64,000 nt of DNA from an uncultured delta proteobacterium (GTDB lineage Bacteria; Desulfobacterota; Syntrophia; Syntrophales; Smithellaceae), in the NCBI GenBank assembly GCA_963730275.1, contig CAVSRI010000031.1, positions 85,900 through 149,899 on the forward strand, read 5' to 3'. Positions 1 through 9,814 of the stretch are shown here, one piece after another; the stretch's first letter is position 1, and each line of letters starts with the position of its first letter. The notes beneath the pieces are model-generated. The model was not told the origin of the DNA. It saw only the letters and a program-made list of their open reading frames with translations, and did not search any database. The position numbers and the translations under genes were made by a program.

Positions 1-2
1 TC

Positions 3-164
3 ATTTTGGATGGTATTCGGGCCAAGGAAGAAAATGCCGGATTGACGCTTTATTTGAAACCGGAAGCTGCCCGGATTTTTGGGGAACTTTTTCAGACAAA
101 GGAAATATTAAAAAAACGCTTAAAGGCGCCGCGAAGATCTCCTCAGGCAGGACGAACACATTAA
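3..164 (+). CDS. 3' end of an unidentified gene entering from the left edge (partial)
   Basis: Frame 3 is open from the window edge to TAA at 162-164 (...AARIFGELFQTKEILKKRLKAPRRSPQAGRTH*). No motif recognised. Confidence 0.25.
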   Translation: MLDGIRAKEENAGLTLYLKPEAARIFGELFQTKEILKKRLKAPRRSPQAGRTH

Positions 165-198
165 TAAAGTGAAATTATAAAAGAAAGGAGTGTCATAT

Positions 199-1707
199 AT
201 GAGAACCAAGGAAGATTACATTAAAGGTCCTGGCCAAAATGAAGCGGAACATCTACTTCGACGGTAATCAGATCGACCGGACGGACGAATTGCAGATGGA
301 CTGCATCAACGCCATCGGCACCACGTATGATGAGGCAGCCAAACCGGAAAATCAGGGACTCTGTGACGGCCATCTCCCACCTCACGGGAGAGAGAATCAA
401 CCGCTACACCCACATCCATCAGAACACGGACGACCTGCACAAGAAGCAGGACATGACCCGCATGCTCTGCCAGAAAGTTGGCGGCTGCATCCAGCGCTGC
501 ATGGGCATCGACGGCACCAACGCCATTTACAATGTTTCTTATGAAGCGGACAAAGCTCAACAACGGCGCCACCCAGTATCATGAAAACTTCAAGAAGTGG
601 CTCGACCCGTTTCCAGACGGAAGATCTGATCGGCTGCCTGCGCCCAGACGGACGTGAAGGGCGACCGTATGCTGCGCCCCGCGGACCAGCCCAATCCCGG
701 TGCTTATGTTTATATCAAGGAAAGAACCAAGGACGGCATCATTGTCGAAGGTTGCAAGGTCCATATCTCCGAAGCCTCCGTGGCCGATGAAGTTCTGGTG
801 CTGCCCACCCGCGCGCTGCGTCCCGAGGATAAGGACTATGCCGTGGCTTTTGCCGTTCCCGGCGACTGGGATGGTTTGAAGCAGGTAATGACCATCCACA
901 ACTCCGTCCCCGCGAGCATTACAAGCGCGGTTTCACCCCGGGGCGCACGGACTCCTACATGATTTTTGAAAACTGTTTCGTGCCCTGGGAGACGGGTCTT
1001 CCTGGCCGGTGAATATCAGCACGGCGGCGTTTTGCGCGCTGCTCTTCGCTCTGTTCCATCGCCATTCCTATTCCGGCTGCAAGCCCGCCATCGGCGACGT
1101 GATCCTGGGCACGGCGGCATTGGCCGCGGAGGTGCAACAACATCCACAAGGAATCTCATGTCCGCGAGAAACTGGCCGAGATCATCATGACCACCGAACT
1201 GGGTTATGCCGCCGGTTACACGGCATCCGATCTGGGTAAGCCGGAAGTTTACATGCCCGGTGTTGGTTTTATGCCTTACGGCCCCGGTTCCTTTATTCCC
1301 CATTCGATCTACTGCAATGTCGGCCGTTGTCTCGCCGGCGAGGAGGTCTGGCGCGAGGCGGAGATTCTTTGCGAATCTGGCCGGCGGCGTCGTCGCGACC
1401 TTCCCCCATGAGAAGGACTTCACTAATCCGGCAACCGGCGAAGCGCTTTTGAAATACACCAAGCGCAATCCCAAAATGTCTGCTGAAGATCAGGCGCAAT
1501 TTCTGGAGATTCCTGGGCGACGCGATGTGCTCGGCCACGGGCGGTATCATCCACGTGGGCAATTACCACGGCGGCGGATCGCCCATCATGGAGCAGATCG
1601 CGATTACGACGCAGTACGATATAGAATCCCGCAAGAAGCTGGTAAAATACATCGCCGGTATGAGCGGCGGCGATCGGGAAGCACTGAGCAAGAAAGGGAG
1701 TAAATAA
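199..1707 (+). pseudogene. Decayed tandem paralogue of 4-hydroxybutyryl-CoA dehydratase/vinylacetyl-CoA isomerase (AbfD/HpaB family)
   Basis: Colinear with the intact copy at 1876..3381: same RBS plus MRTK.DYIKG start, same ...MSGGDREALSKK end. The homologous frame hops between ORFs 239-544, 327-584, 654-962, 1009-1239, 1187-1411, 1206-1703 and 1525-1707, which needs at least 8 frame changes. Confidence 0.85.
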
Positions 1708-1875
1708 ATAGGCAATGAAGAGTCCGATCTGCTCCGGCGCTTGAAACCGGAAGAGGCCCCTACCCCGGGAGGGATTATTCAAAAGAAAGATATGTTGAGA
1801 ATATCCGAGGGACTAAGAATCCCCTCGGGTGAGAAAAACGATAAATAGAAAATTAAATAAGAAAGGATTATCACT

Positions 1876-3381
1876 ATGAGAACCAAGAAAGATTACATCA
1901 AAGGTCTGTCCAAGATGAAGCGGAATATTTACTACGACGGACAACTGATCGACAGGACAGACGAACTGCAAATGGATTGCCTCAATACCATCGGTACAAC
2001 GTATGATGAGGCGGCCAAACCGGAGAATCAGGAGTTGTGCACGGCTACTTCCCATCTCACCGGAGAAAAAATCAACCGTTTCACCCACATCCACCAGAAT
2101 AAGGAAGACCTGCACAGAAAGCAGGATATGACCCGCATGCTGTGCCAGAAGGTCGGCGGTTGTATCCAGCGTTGCATGGGTATCGATGGCTCGAATGCTA
2201 TCTATAACGTCTCTTTTGAGGCGGACAAGGTGAAAAAAGGGGAGACCAATTACCATGAAAACTTCAAGAAATGGCTGACCCGTTTCCAAAAAGAAGACCT
2301 TGTCGGCTGCTGTGCTCAGACGGATGTGAAGGGCGACCGCATGTTGCGACCGGCCGACCAGCCGAATCCCGGTGCGTATGTGCGCATTAAGGAAAGAACA
2401 AAGGACGGCATAATCGTGGAAGGTTGTAAGGTTCACATTTCCGAGGCTTCCGTAGCCGACGAAGTTCTGGTACTGCCCACCCGCGCCCTGCGTCCGGAGG
2501 ACAAGGATTACGCCGTAGCTTTTGCCGTTCCGGGCGACTGGGAAGGTTTGAAGCAGGTTGTTACCATTCATAACCTTCGTCCCCGTGATCATTATAAACG
2601 CGGTTTTGTTCCGGGCGCTACCGATTCGTACATGATTTTCGACAATTGTTTTGTGCCCTGGGAAAGAGTCTTTTTGGCCGGGGAATATCAGCACGGCGGC
2701 GTATGTGCTCTCCTTTTCGCCCTGTTCCATCGCCATTCTTATTCCGGCTGCAAACCGGCCATTGGCGACGTCATCATGGGAATGGCTGCTCTAGGTGCCG
2801 AAGTGAACAACATTCATAAGCAGTCCCACGTCCGGGAAAAGCTGGCGGAGCTGATTATGACCACCGAACTTGGTTATGCCGCCGGTTACACGGCATCCGA
2901 TCTGGGTAAGCCCGAAGTCTACATTCCCGGTGTCGGTTTCATGCCTTATGGACCCGGCTCCTTCATTCCCAATTCGATTTACTGCAATGTCGGCCGTTGT
3001 CTGTCCGGTGAGGCGGTCTGGCGCGAGGCGGAGATCCTTTGCGATATCGCAGGCGGCGTTGTGGCGACATTCCCGCATGAGAAGGATTTTATGAATCCGG
3101 CAACGGGCGAGGCGCTTTTGAAATACACAAAGCGTAATCCGAATATGTCATCGGAAGATCAGGCTCAGTTCTGGAGATTCCTGGGTGATGCAATGTGTTC
3201 GGCCACGGCCGGTATCCACAACATCGGTAGCTACCACGGCGGCGGTTCGCCGATTATGGAACAGATTGCCATTACGACCCAGTATGATATTGAATCACGG
3301 AAGAAGCTGGTGAAATACATTGCCGGCATGAGCGGCGGCGACCGCGAAGCCTTAAGCAAGAAGGCCAAAGCGAAAAAGTAA
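1876..3381 (+). CDS. abfD: 4-hydroxybutyryl-CoA dehydratase / vinylacetyl-CoA delta-isomerase (HpaB/AbfD family)
   Basis: Uninterrupted 501-aa ORF with RBS aagaaagga upstream. Family-typical length and blocks (CMGIDG, FHRHSYSGCKP, GGGSPIMEQI), recognised from memory of AbfD-type proteins. Confidence 0.8.
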   Translation: MRTKKDYIKGLSKMKRNIYYDGQLIDRTDELQMDCLNTIGTTYDEAAKPENQELCTATSHLTGEKINRFTHIHQNKEDLHRKQDMTRMLCQKVGGCIQRCMGIDGSNAIYNVSFEADKVKKGETNYHENFKKWLTRFQKEDLVGCCAQTDVKGDRMLRPADQPNPGAYVRIKERTKDGIIVEGCKVHISEASVADEVLVLPTRALRPEDKDYAVAFAVPGDWEGLKQVVTIHNLRPRDHYKRGFVPGATDSYMIFDNCFVPWERVFLAGEYQHGGVCALLFALFHRHSYSGCKPAIGDVIMGMAALGAEVNNIHKQSHVREKLAELIMTTELGYAAGYTASDLGKPEVYIPGVGFMPYGPGSFIPNSIYCNVGRCLSGEAVWREAEILCDIAGGVVATFPHEKDFMNPATGEALLKYTKRNPNMSSEDQAQFWRFLGDAMCSATAGIHNIGSYHGGGSPIMEQIAITTQYDIESRKKLVKYIAGMSGGDREALSKKAKAKK

Positions 3382-3499
3382 GACTAGCAAGTAACAAAGA
3401 CAGTCAAAAATAAAATTATTTTCACCCTGCGCTTCTCCTTAAAGGGAGGCGCAGGACGGGGAATAAGTCTATATTCCATATCTTAAGGAGAATTAAACT

Positions 3500-4303
3500 A
3501 TGTTTGATTTAACGCAATTTTCATTGAAAGGTAAAATAGCCCTTGTTACCGGCGGCGGCCGAGGCATCGGTCAAGCTATAGCGTTTGGTTTTGCCAAAGC
3601 CGGGGCTAAAGTAGTTATCACCAGCCGTAAGGTGGAAGATTTAGAAGCGACAGCTAAAGAAATCAAAGCCGCTGGCGGTGAGGCGTTTCCTCTGCAATCG
3701 CACTTAGGTAAATTTGAAGACATCCAGAAAACGGTCGATACTGTGGTGGATAAATACAACAGGATTGATATCCTGGTGAACAACGCCGGCGCCAGTCCAG
3801 CGATGGGGTCGGTGCTGGAATCTGACGAGCGTCTCTGGGATACGATCATGAATCTCAATCTCAAAGGCGTTTACTTCATGAGCCAGGCCGTGGCCAAAAT
3901 CATGAAGAAACAGGGCGGTGGAAAAATAATCAACATCGCTTCTATTGACGGCTTCAATCCTGAACCGGGCGTAAGTGTCTATTCTGTTTCCAAAGCCGGC
4001 GTACGCATGATTACGAGAGCCTTTGCCATGGAACTGGCCAGAGATAACATTCAGGTCAATGCCATTGCTCCCGGCCCCATCAGCACCAAGATGATGAATT
4101 CGCACTGGGGACATCTTTCACCGGAAGAAGCAAAGAAACAGAGAGATGAAATGTGCAAAATGCTGCCGACCTGCCGCATTGGCGAACCTGATGAAATTGC
4201 CGGTGCCGCTATTTACCTGGCTTCGACTGCCTCCAGTTACACAACCGGCACAGAAATAGTCATTGATGGCGGCCTTCTGTTGGGCACGCATCTATCCACA
4301 TAA
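3500..4303 (+). CDS. Short-chain dehydrogenase/reductase (SDR)
   Basis: TGGGRGIG Rossmann motif, NNAG, catalytic S...YSVSKAG (YxxxK). RBS aaggaga upstream. Confidence 0.9.
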   Translation: MFDLTQFSLKGKIALVTGGGRGIGQAIAFGFAKAGAKVVITSRKVEDLEATAKEIKAAGGEAFPLQSHLGKFEDIQKTVDTVVDKYNRIDILVNNAGASPAMGSVLESDERLWDTIMNLNLKGVYFMSQAVAKIMKKQGGGKIINIASIDGFNPEPGVSVYSVSKAGVRMITRAFAMELARDNIQVNAIAPGPISTKMMNSHWGHLSPEEAKKQRDEMCKMLPTCRIGEPDEIAGAAIYLASTASSYTTGTEIVIDGGLLLGTHLST

Positions 4304-4430
4304 GAATAGCACCCTCTTCTCTGATTACCTAAAATATACGGCATGCCGTCGTCCGCGTGCGGGCGGCGGCAGAGACCGGTTTGCCACCATGATATATTAT
4401 ATCCGATTATTTCATCACAGGAGATAGACC

Positions 4431-6390
4431 ATGAAAACTTTACAGAATCTGCTTAAACCAATCCGTATTAAAAATTTGGAAATTTCCAATCGCGTAATCA
4501 TGCCGCCCATGGGCACCTCGCTGGGTAATGCCGACGCTACAGTCAGCGAAGCCAACATCGCCTATATCAGACGCCGGGCACAAAGCGGTGCCGGTCTGAT
4601 CATCACGGAAATTACTGCAGTTCATCCCGCGGGACATGTTTCTCCCCGCTCCCTGGGAGTTTGGGATGATAAGTTCATTCCCGGCTTCAGCAAATTGGCG
4701 CAAACCGTACACAGCCAGGGGGCTAAAATCGCCATGCAGCTTCATCATTGCGGCCGGGAAAGTTACCTGAAGCAAAAAAATAAGCAAGCCATCGGGCCTT
4801 CGGCGATACCCAGTTTTATTTTCGGCTTTCTGGGCGCGCCGCGCGAAATGACGCTCGAAGAAATTAAGGAAACCATTGTTGCATACGGCGCCGCTGCTCT
4901 TCGCGCTAAAAAGGCCGGTTTTGATGCCGTGGAACTTCACGGAGCGCACGGTTATCTCCTCATGCAGTTTCTTTCCGCTCATTCCAATCAACGCACCGAC
5001 AAATATGGCGGAGATTTCCGCGGACGCGCGCGCTTCATGATTGAATGCCTTAAAGCGGTGCGCAAAAATGTCGGCGAAGATTTTCCTGTATCTATCCGGA
5101 TTTCCGGTGAAGAATGCGTAAAAGGCGGCTACACTATTTCCGATATGCAAACAATAATTCCGGATCTGGTTGCCGCCGGTGCGGATATTATTAACGTATC
5201 TTTCGGCACGCACGGCAATCCCGAAGTAAATACCGACACGCCCAATGCCAGTGCGCCTGTGGAATACGGGCAGGGTTTTAAAGCCTATTTGGCGCGTAAA
5301 ATTAAAGAGGTGACCAATGTGCCGGTTATTTCAGTCGGACGTTATACAGACCCGTTTGTTATGGACGAAGTCATTGCCCGCGGTGACGCGGATATGATTG
5401 CCGTGGCGCGCCAGCATCTGGCCGATCCTGATTTCCTGAAAAACGCCATTGCCGGACATCCCGAATACACTTTTGAATGTCTGGCCTGCAATCAGGGATG
5501 CATCGAGCGCCTTTCAATAGAGCAATTACCTATTCGCTGTGCCATTAACCCGCAAACCGGACAGGAACTAATCTACCCGGAAAAACCAGCTAAAATCAGC
5601 CGCAAAGTATGGGTTGTTGGCGCAGGCCCCGCCGGTCTGACAGCCGCTTCCGAGGCGACACGTTTAGGACATCGTGTCACTTTATTCGAACGGGAAAAGC
5701 AGACAGGCGGAAATGTTCTCTATGCGGCAAAAGCTCCCCACAAGGAGGTTTACGCCAGATACATAAAAACACTTACGGCAAAGTGCGCAAGGCAGGGCGT
5801 CGAAATAAAAATCGGTACGGATGTCACGGAAGATATGATCGAAAAAGCGAAGCCGGATGTTGTTATTCTGGCCATTGGCGCGGATAAAACCGCCTGCCCT
5901 GCCGAAGGAATAAACAGTTCTGTCGTGTGTGATGCCTGGCAGATTCTAGATGGAGAAGTCGCCCCCAAAGATCATGTTTTAGTTATCGGCGGTGGCCTTG
6001 TGGGCATGGAGACGGCGGATTATTCTGCGCGAGAAAGGTATCAAAGACATAACCGTGGTCGAAATGCTGCCCACCTCTCCTGTTTTGCCGCAAGCCGCAC
6101 ACGGTCAAATGTTGCATCGGCGTTTGCGCGCGACAGGCATTAAATTAATGTTCAGCACAACGGTAAAACAAATCGAAAAAGGCTCTGTTATCGTCACAAA
6201 AAAAGGCGAAGATCAAAGATTAGAACCCATCCATCAGGTTATAGTTGCCATCGGCGTTACGCCCAGAAGTGAGTTGAAAGAAATGCTGGCGAAAAAAGGA
6301 ATTCGTCATTTTATTGTCGGTGATGCGTCGGCGCCCCGCCGTATTATCGAAGCGACGACGGATGGGGCTAAGGCCGCCTGGGATATATAA
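4431..6390 (+). CDS. Old-Yellow-Enzyme-type flavoprotein fused to an FAD/NAD(P)-binding domain (2,4-dienoyl-CoA reductase / enoate reductase family), split by one frameshift
   Basis: OYE TIM-barrel blocks (PPMGT, HGAHGYLLMQFLS), Cys cluster CLACNQGC, GAGPAGL Rossmann. ORFs 4431-6143 and 5992-6390 join at about 6020-6030 (...GGGLVGMETADY|LREKGIKDITVVEM...). Confidence 0.8.
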
Positions 6391-6409
6391 AAAAATATGA
6401 GGTAATCTT

Positions 6410-7273
6410 ATGGATTTACGTGAACGCTTTATTAAAACCAATGGGATAAATATGCACGTGATGGAAGCAGGGCCGCAAGATGGTCCGATGATTATGTTTC
6501 TGCATGGCTTTCCCGAATTCTGGTATGCCTGGCGCAAACAGATCGATTATTTTGCCCAAAAAGGTTTTTTGGTCGTTGCTCCTGACCAGCGCGGCTATAA
6601 TTTGAGCGACAAACCCAACGGTATTCTCTCCTATAAAATTGATGAACTGGCTAAAGATGCCGTAGGCCTTATTGACGCCTACGGACACGAAAAGATTTTT
6701 CTGGTCGGCCATGACTGGGGCGCTTCCGTTTCGTGGTGGGTAGCCCTTAAATACCCTCAGCGTATCGAGCGCTTGGTCATCATGAATGTTCCTCATCCCA
6801 AGGTTATGGCCAAAAATCTTTTTACCAATCCCCGGCAGATGCAAAGAAGTTGGTACATTTTCTATTTCCAGCTGCCGGGTGCAGTGGAAAAATTTGCCTC
6901 GGCCAATAATTATGAATGGCCCGTGCAAATCTTGGCAAAGTCGAGTAACGCGGGAGCCTTCACACCGAAAGAGCTCGAAGAATACAGAAAGGCCTTCATG
7001 CAGCCGGGAGCTTTTTCCGCCATGGTCAACTGGTACAGGGCGATGATTCAGTCACCGTCGGAGCCGCCGGCAAGCTTTAACGTAAACATGCCCATGATTT
7101 TTTTATGGGGTATGAAAGATATCGCACTGCTTCACGAAATGGCCGACGACAGTATGGTTTACTGCAATAAAGGAAAATTGACCAAGTTTCCCGAAGCAAC
7201 GCACTGGATACAGCATGAAGAAGCCGAAAAAGTCAATAAACTGATGGAAGACTTTTTCACTCAACAAAAATAA
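6410..7273 (+). CDS. Alpha/beta-fold hydrolase, epoxide-hydrolase-like
   Basis: HGFPEFWYAWR oxyanion block and GHDWGA nucleophile elbow. 287 aa. Confidence 0.85.
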   Translation: MDLRERFIKTNGINMHVMEAGPQDGPMIMFLHGFPEFWYAWRKQIDYFAQKGFLVVAPDQRGYNLSDKPNGILSYKIDELAKDAVGLIDAYGHEKIFLVGHDWGASVSWWVALKYPQRIERLVIMNVPHPKVMAKNLFTNPRQMQRSWYIFYFQLPGAVEKFASANNYEWPVQILAKSSNAGAFTPKELEEYRKAFMQPGAFSAMVNWYRAMIQSPSEPPASFNVNMPMIFLWGMKDIALLHEMADDSMVYCNKGKLTKFPEATHWIQHEEAEKVNKLMEDFFTQQK

Positions 7274-7534
7274 TTCTTGATGTTTACCCAAAATAAGAGG
7301 TAGTGCCCCTAGTATATATCCCTGGTCGGTTTCGTGATATTTACATTTTTAAATTCGTCTATGGTTCCAGGAAGACTTAGGCATAAAAAGCTCGCGTTTA
7401 TTTCAACACGAGCATAAATAGCCAGATGACAAAGGCAAATCATTTGTCAGTAAAATTCTTCAATACCTGAAGTGCTTTATAATAATTATCTAAGCACAAA
7501 AAAACAACCATAATAATTCCTGACATCAAATTTG

Positions 7535-7959
7535 TCAGGACGTAAGCATAGCATCCATAGTGATGCTGGTATTAAGTACTTTCGATACCGGACATCCCTC
7601 TTTAGCTTTTTTAGCTGCCATATTGAAAGCTTCAATGGATGCCCCGGTATTTTTGCCTTAACATCCAGATGAACGGCGGTGATAGAAAATCCCTCACCCT
7701 GTTTTTCGATGGTTACCGTTGCTGTTGTATTGATGCTTTCCGCCGTGAGTTTTGCCGCTCCCAATATTCCGGAAAGAGCCATGGAGAAACAACCCGCATG
7801 CGCTGCGGCAATCAGCTCTTCCGGATTCGTGCCAACACCATTTTGAAAACGTGTGGCAAATGAATATTGAGTATTGGATAAGACACCACTATCTGTGGTT
7901 ATTGATCCGCGGCCATCTATTATTCCGCCTTTCCATTCTGCAGAAGCTTTACGTTTCAT
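7535..7959 (-). CDS. osmC: OsmC-family peroxiredoxin, frameshifted in a C/G run
   Basis: N-terminal two-thirds matches OsmC (KGG..G.G.I...SG, ELIAAAHAGCFSMAL). After the run at 7642-7645 the conserved tail ASIEAFNMAAKKAKEGCPVSKVLNTSITMDAMLTS* continues in another frame, ending at TGA 7535-7537. Confidence 0.8.
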
Positions 7960-8400
7960 TTTTGATCTCCTTTCTAATCTTATTTTAATTTTTGGTCAGC
8001 CAGTGCCGGACAAAACTGCATACTATCTCAAATTGCCCATCTTCACTTCCAAAAAAAGCAAAGTGAAAAAAGTCAGGCTTAACTATGATAAATCAATATC
8101 ATTTTTTTCAACAGCCTCTCCAGCCCAGCGATAAAAAAACAGCTTCCTTTCTTTTTTCTGACAGATCGTCGTGCATTTGGAAGATAACACAAAATTTTTA
8201 ATAATATATTTCCTTTTTAAGTATTGTCAACAGAACAAGACTTTTCAGGAGCATCTGGCTGGCAAAAATAAAATTTCAAAAAGTTTCTTGACGTTTGATA
8301 AGTTTTGCAGGAAATACAAAAAAGTAAATTTGACCTCTGGATTTTTTATGCCGGTCTACCAGCTACATTATAACAATGAATTATAAGGAGGCAGTTAATC

Positions 8401-8940
8401 ATGTTCAGCCGCAACGCAGCCGTTTTAGTCATCGTCGACATTCAGGGCAATCTGGCCCAGTCCGTGTTCGATAAAGAAAACCTTTTCGCTAATGCCATAA
8501 AATTGATTAAGGGCTTTAAAGTTTTTAACCTGCCGATCATTGTCACCGAACAAACACCGCAAAAGTTGGGACAAACAATACCTCAGATCTCCGCAGAACT
8601 GGAAGAAATCAAGCCGATTGCCAAGGAAACTTTCAGTTGTTGGGCAGATGTCCATTTCCGCGAGAAGCTTGAAGCGTTAAGCCGCAGGCATATAGTTCTT
8701 CTGGGGATTGAAAGCCACGTTTGCGTCTATCAAACCGCTCTTGATCTTATTTCCAAAGGATACAATGTTCATCTGGTTGCCGACGTCGTATCTTCGCGCA
8801 CTAAAAATAACCGCGATATCGGTATAAACGCGATGAAAAGCGCCGGCGCGCAGCTTGCCAGCACGGAAATGGTTCTCTTTGAATTACTGCACACTGCCGC
8901 CGATCCCCAAGCTAAGGATATATTCAAAATCGTGAAATAA
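8401..8940 (+). CDS. Isochorismatase-family (cysteine) hydrolase
   Basis: VLVIVDIQ start block and catalytic GIESHVCV. RBS aaggagg upstream. Confidence 0.8.
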   Translation: MFSRNAAVLVIVDIQGNLAQSVFDKENLFANAIKLIKGFKVFNLPIIVTEQTPQKLGQTIPQISAELEEIKPIAKETFSCWADVHFREKLEALSRRHIVLLGIESHVCVYQTALDLISKGYNVHLVADVVSSRTKNNRDIGINAMKSAGAQLASTEMVLFELLHTAADPQAKDIFKIVK

Positions 8941-9187
8941 ACTGCGTAAGTTTAAACTTAAATTTGCAGTGTATGCCAGGAAGCATTTGTTTCTTCCTGT
9001 ACCCGAGCATTTAGCAATTTTGGAGGGCATGTTTTCTTTAAAACGGTATTCCTCGAAGACCTTGCAGATAAAAAATCTCACGTGCTGATGGAAAGATGGC
9101 ACCTTGGCTACAAACACGTTCAAGCCACACAACTCTCTAAATTACCGTCCTCTAGCACCAGAAACTGGAGACATTAGATTTAAGTGT

Positions 9188-9565
9188 TTAACGGTATGGA
9201 GTAACTTCGCCGTTCCGTTGAATTGTGTATAGTTGTGTATTGGGGGCTGAATACTGTGATGTAGTGCCCCGACAGGTTGCATCACCCGCAGGTACGATAT
9301 TAACTTGAGGCGATTTTACAAATTTGCCTGATAATTGGGCAAGGGTACAGGCATTTTCTAATGTCGGGTTAGCCGCCAGATAAGCCTGACATGCTGTGTA
9401 ATAACTTTTCAATTCTGCTTTAGCTTGACGGTCGTATACTCTTGTCCTGTAAATTGAGTACTCTGGAATGATGAGGATTACCCCAAGGATTATAACCATG
9501 ATAATGATCATCACTTCAACCAATGTAAAGCCTTTTTGTTCTTTCTTACGGAAAATCTTTAACAT
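9188..9565 (-). CDS. Type IV pilin / pseudopilin (prepilin-type N-terminal cleavage/methylation domain)
   Basis: Leader MLKIFRKKEQKG followed by FTLVEVMIIIMVI hydrophobic helix. Two Cys near the C-terminus. Confidence 0.8.
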   Translation of the reverse strand: MLKIFRKKEQKGFTLVEVMIIIMVIILGVILIIPEYSIYRTRVYDRQAKAELKSYYTACQAYLAANPTLENACTLAQLSGKFVKSPQVNIVPAGDATCRGTTSQYSAPNTQLYTIQRNGEVTPYR

Positions 9566-9602
9566 AATGCTCCTTCACTTTACTCATTAACTCTTGTTTC
9601 CG

Positions 9603-9618
9603 AGCAACCAACATACCA
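9603..9618 (-). promoter_or_regulatory. Candidate sigma-54 (-24/-12) promoter for the pilin gene
   Basis: Minus strand reads TGGtatgttggTTGCt with exact GG-N10-GC spacing, about 38 nt upstream of the pilin ATG. Confidence 0.5.
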
Positions 9619-9769
9619 ACTCTAATAAATATACTTCTCCCGTTAAAAATATTCAAGATTAACATTATCGTTCTTTCTGTTACTCCCTTTCCACCCGCCT
9701 AATCCTCAATTCTGACAACAGCCCGCTTCTAAACAGTAGTAGGTGCAACAAACACTTGATTGCTTATTC

Positions 9770-9786
9770 GTCCGCTTTTGGCGGAC
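9770..9786 (-). terminator. Hairpin downstream of copA
   Basis: gtccgc-ttttg-gcggac stem-loop about 30 nt after the copA stop. No strong U-tract. Confidence 0.35.
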
Positions 9787-9814
9787 TCACTGCAATGGCA
9801 AAAGGCGTTACTCC

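Noticed and set aside
1813-2736. Long antisense ORFs inside well-supported genes (1813-2736, 4440-5213, 10845-11507, 56126-56626, 59559-60329 and others in the track)
   Set aside because: These are shadow ORFs opposite genes with clear family motifs. They have no motifs of their own and their composition is typical of antisense frames.
7874-8386. ORFs 7874-8134 and 8171-8386 in the AT-rich gap before the isochorismatase gene
   Set aside because: Low-complexity Lys/Phe/Ile-rich translations with no RBS, typical of AT-rich intergenic DNA.
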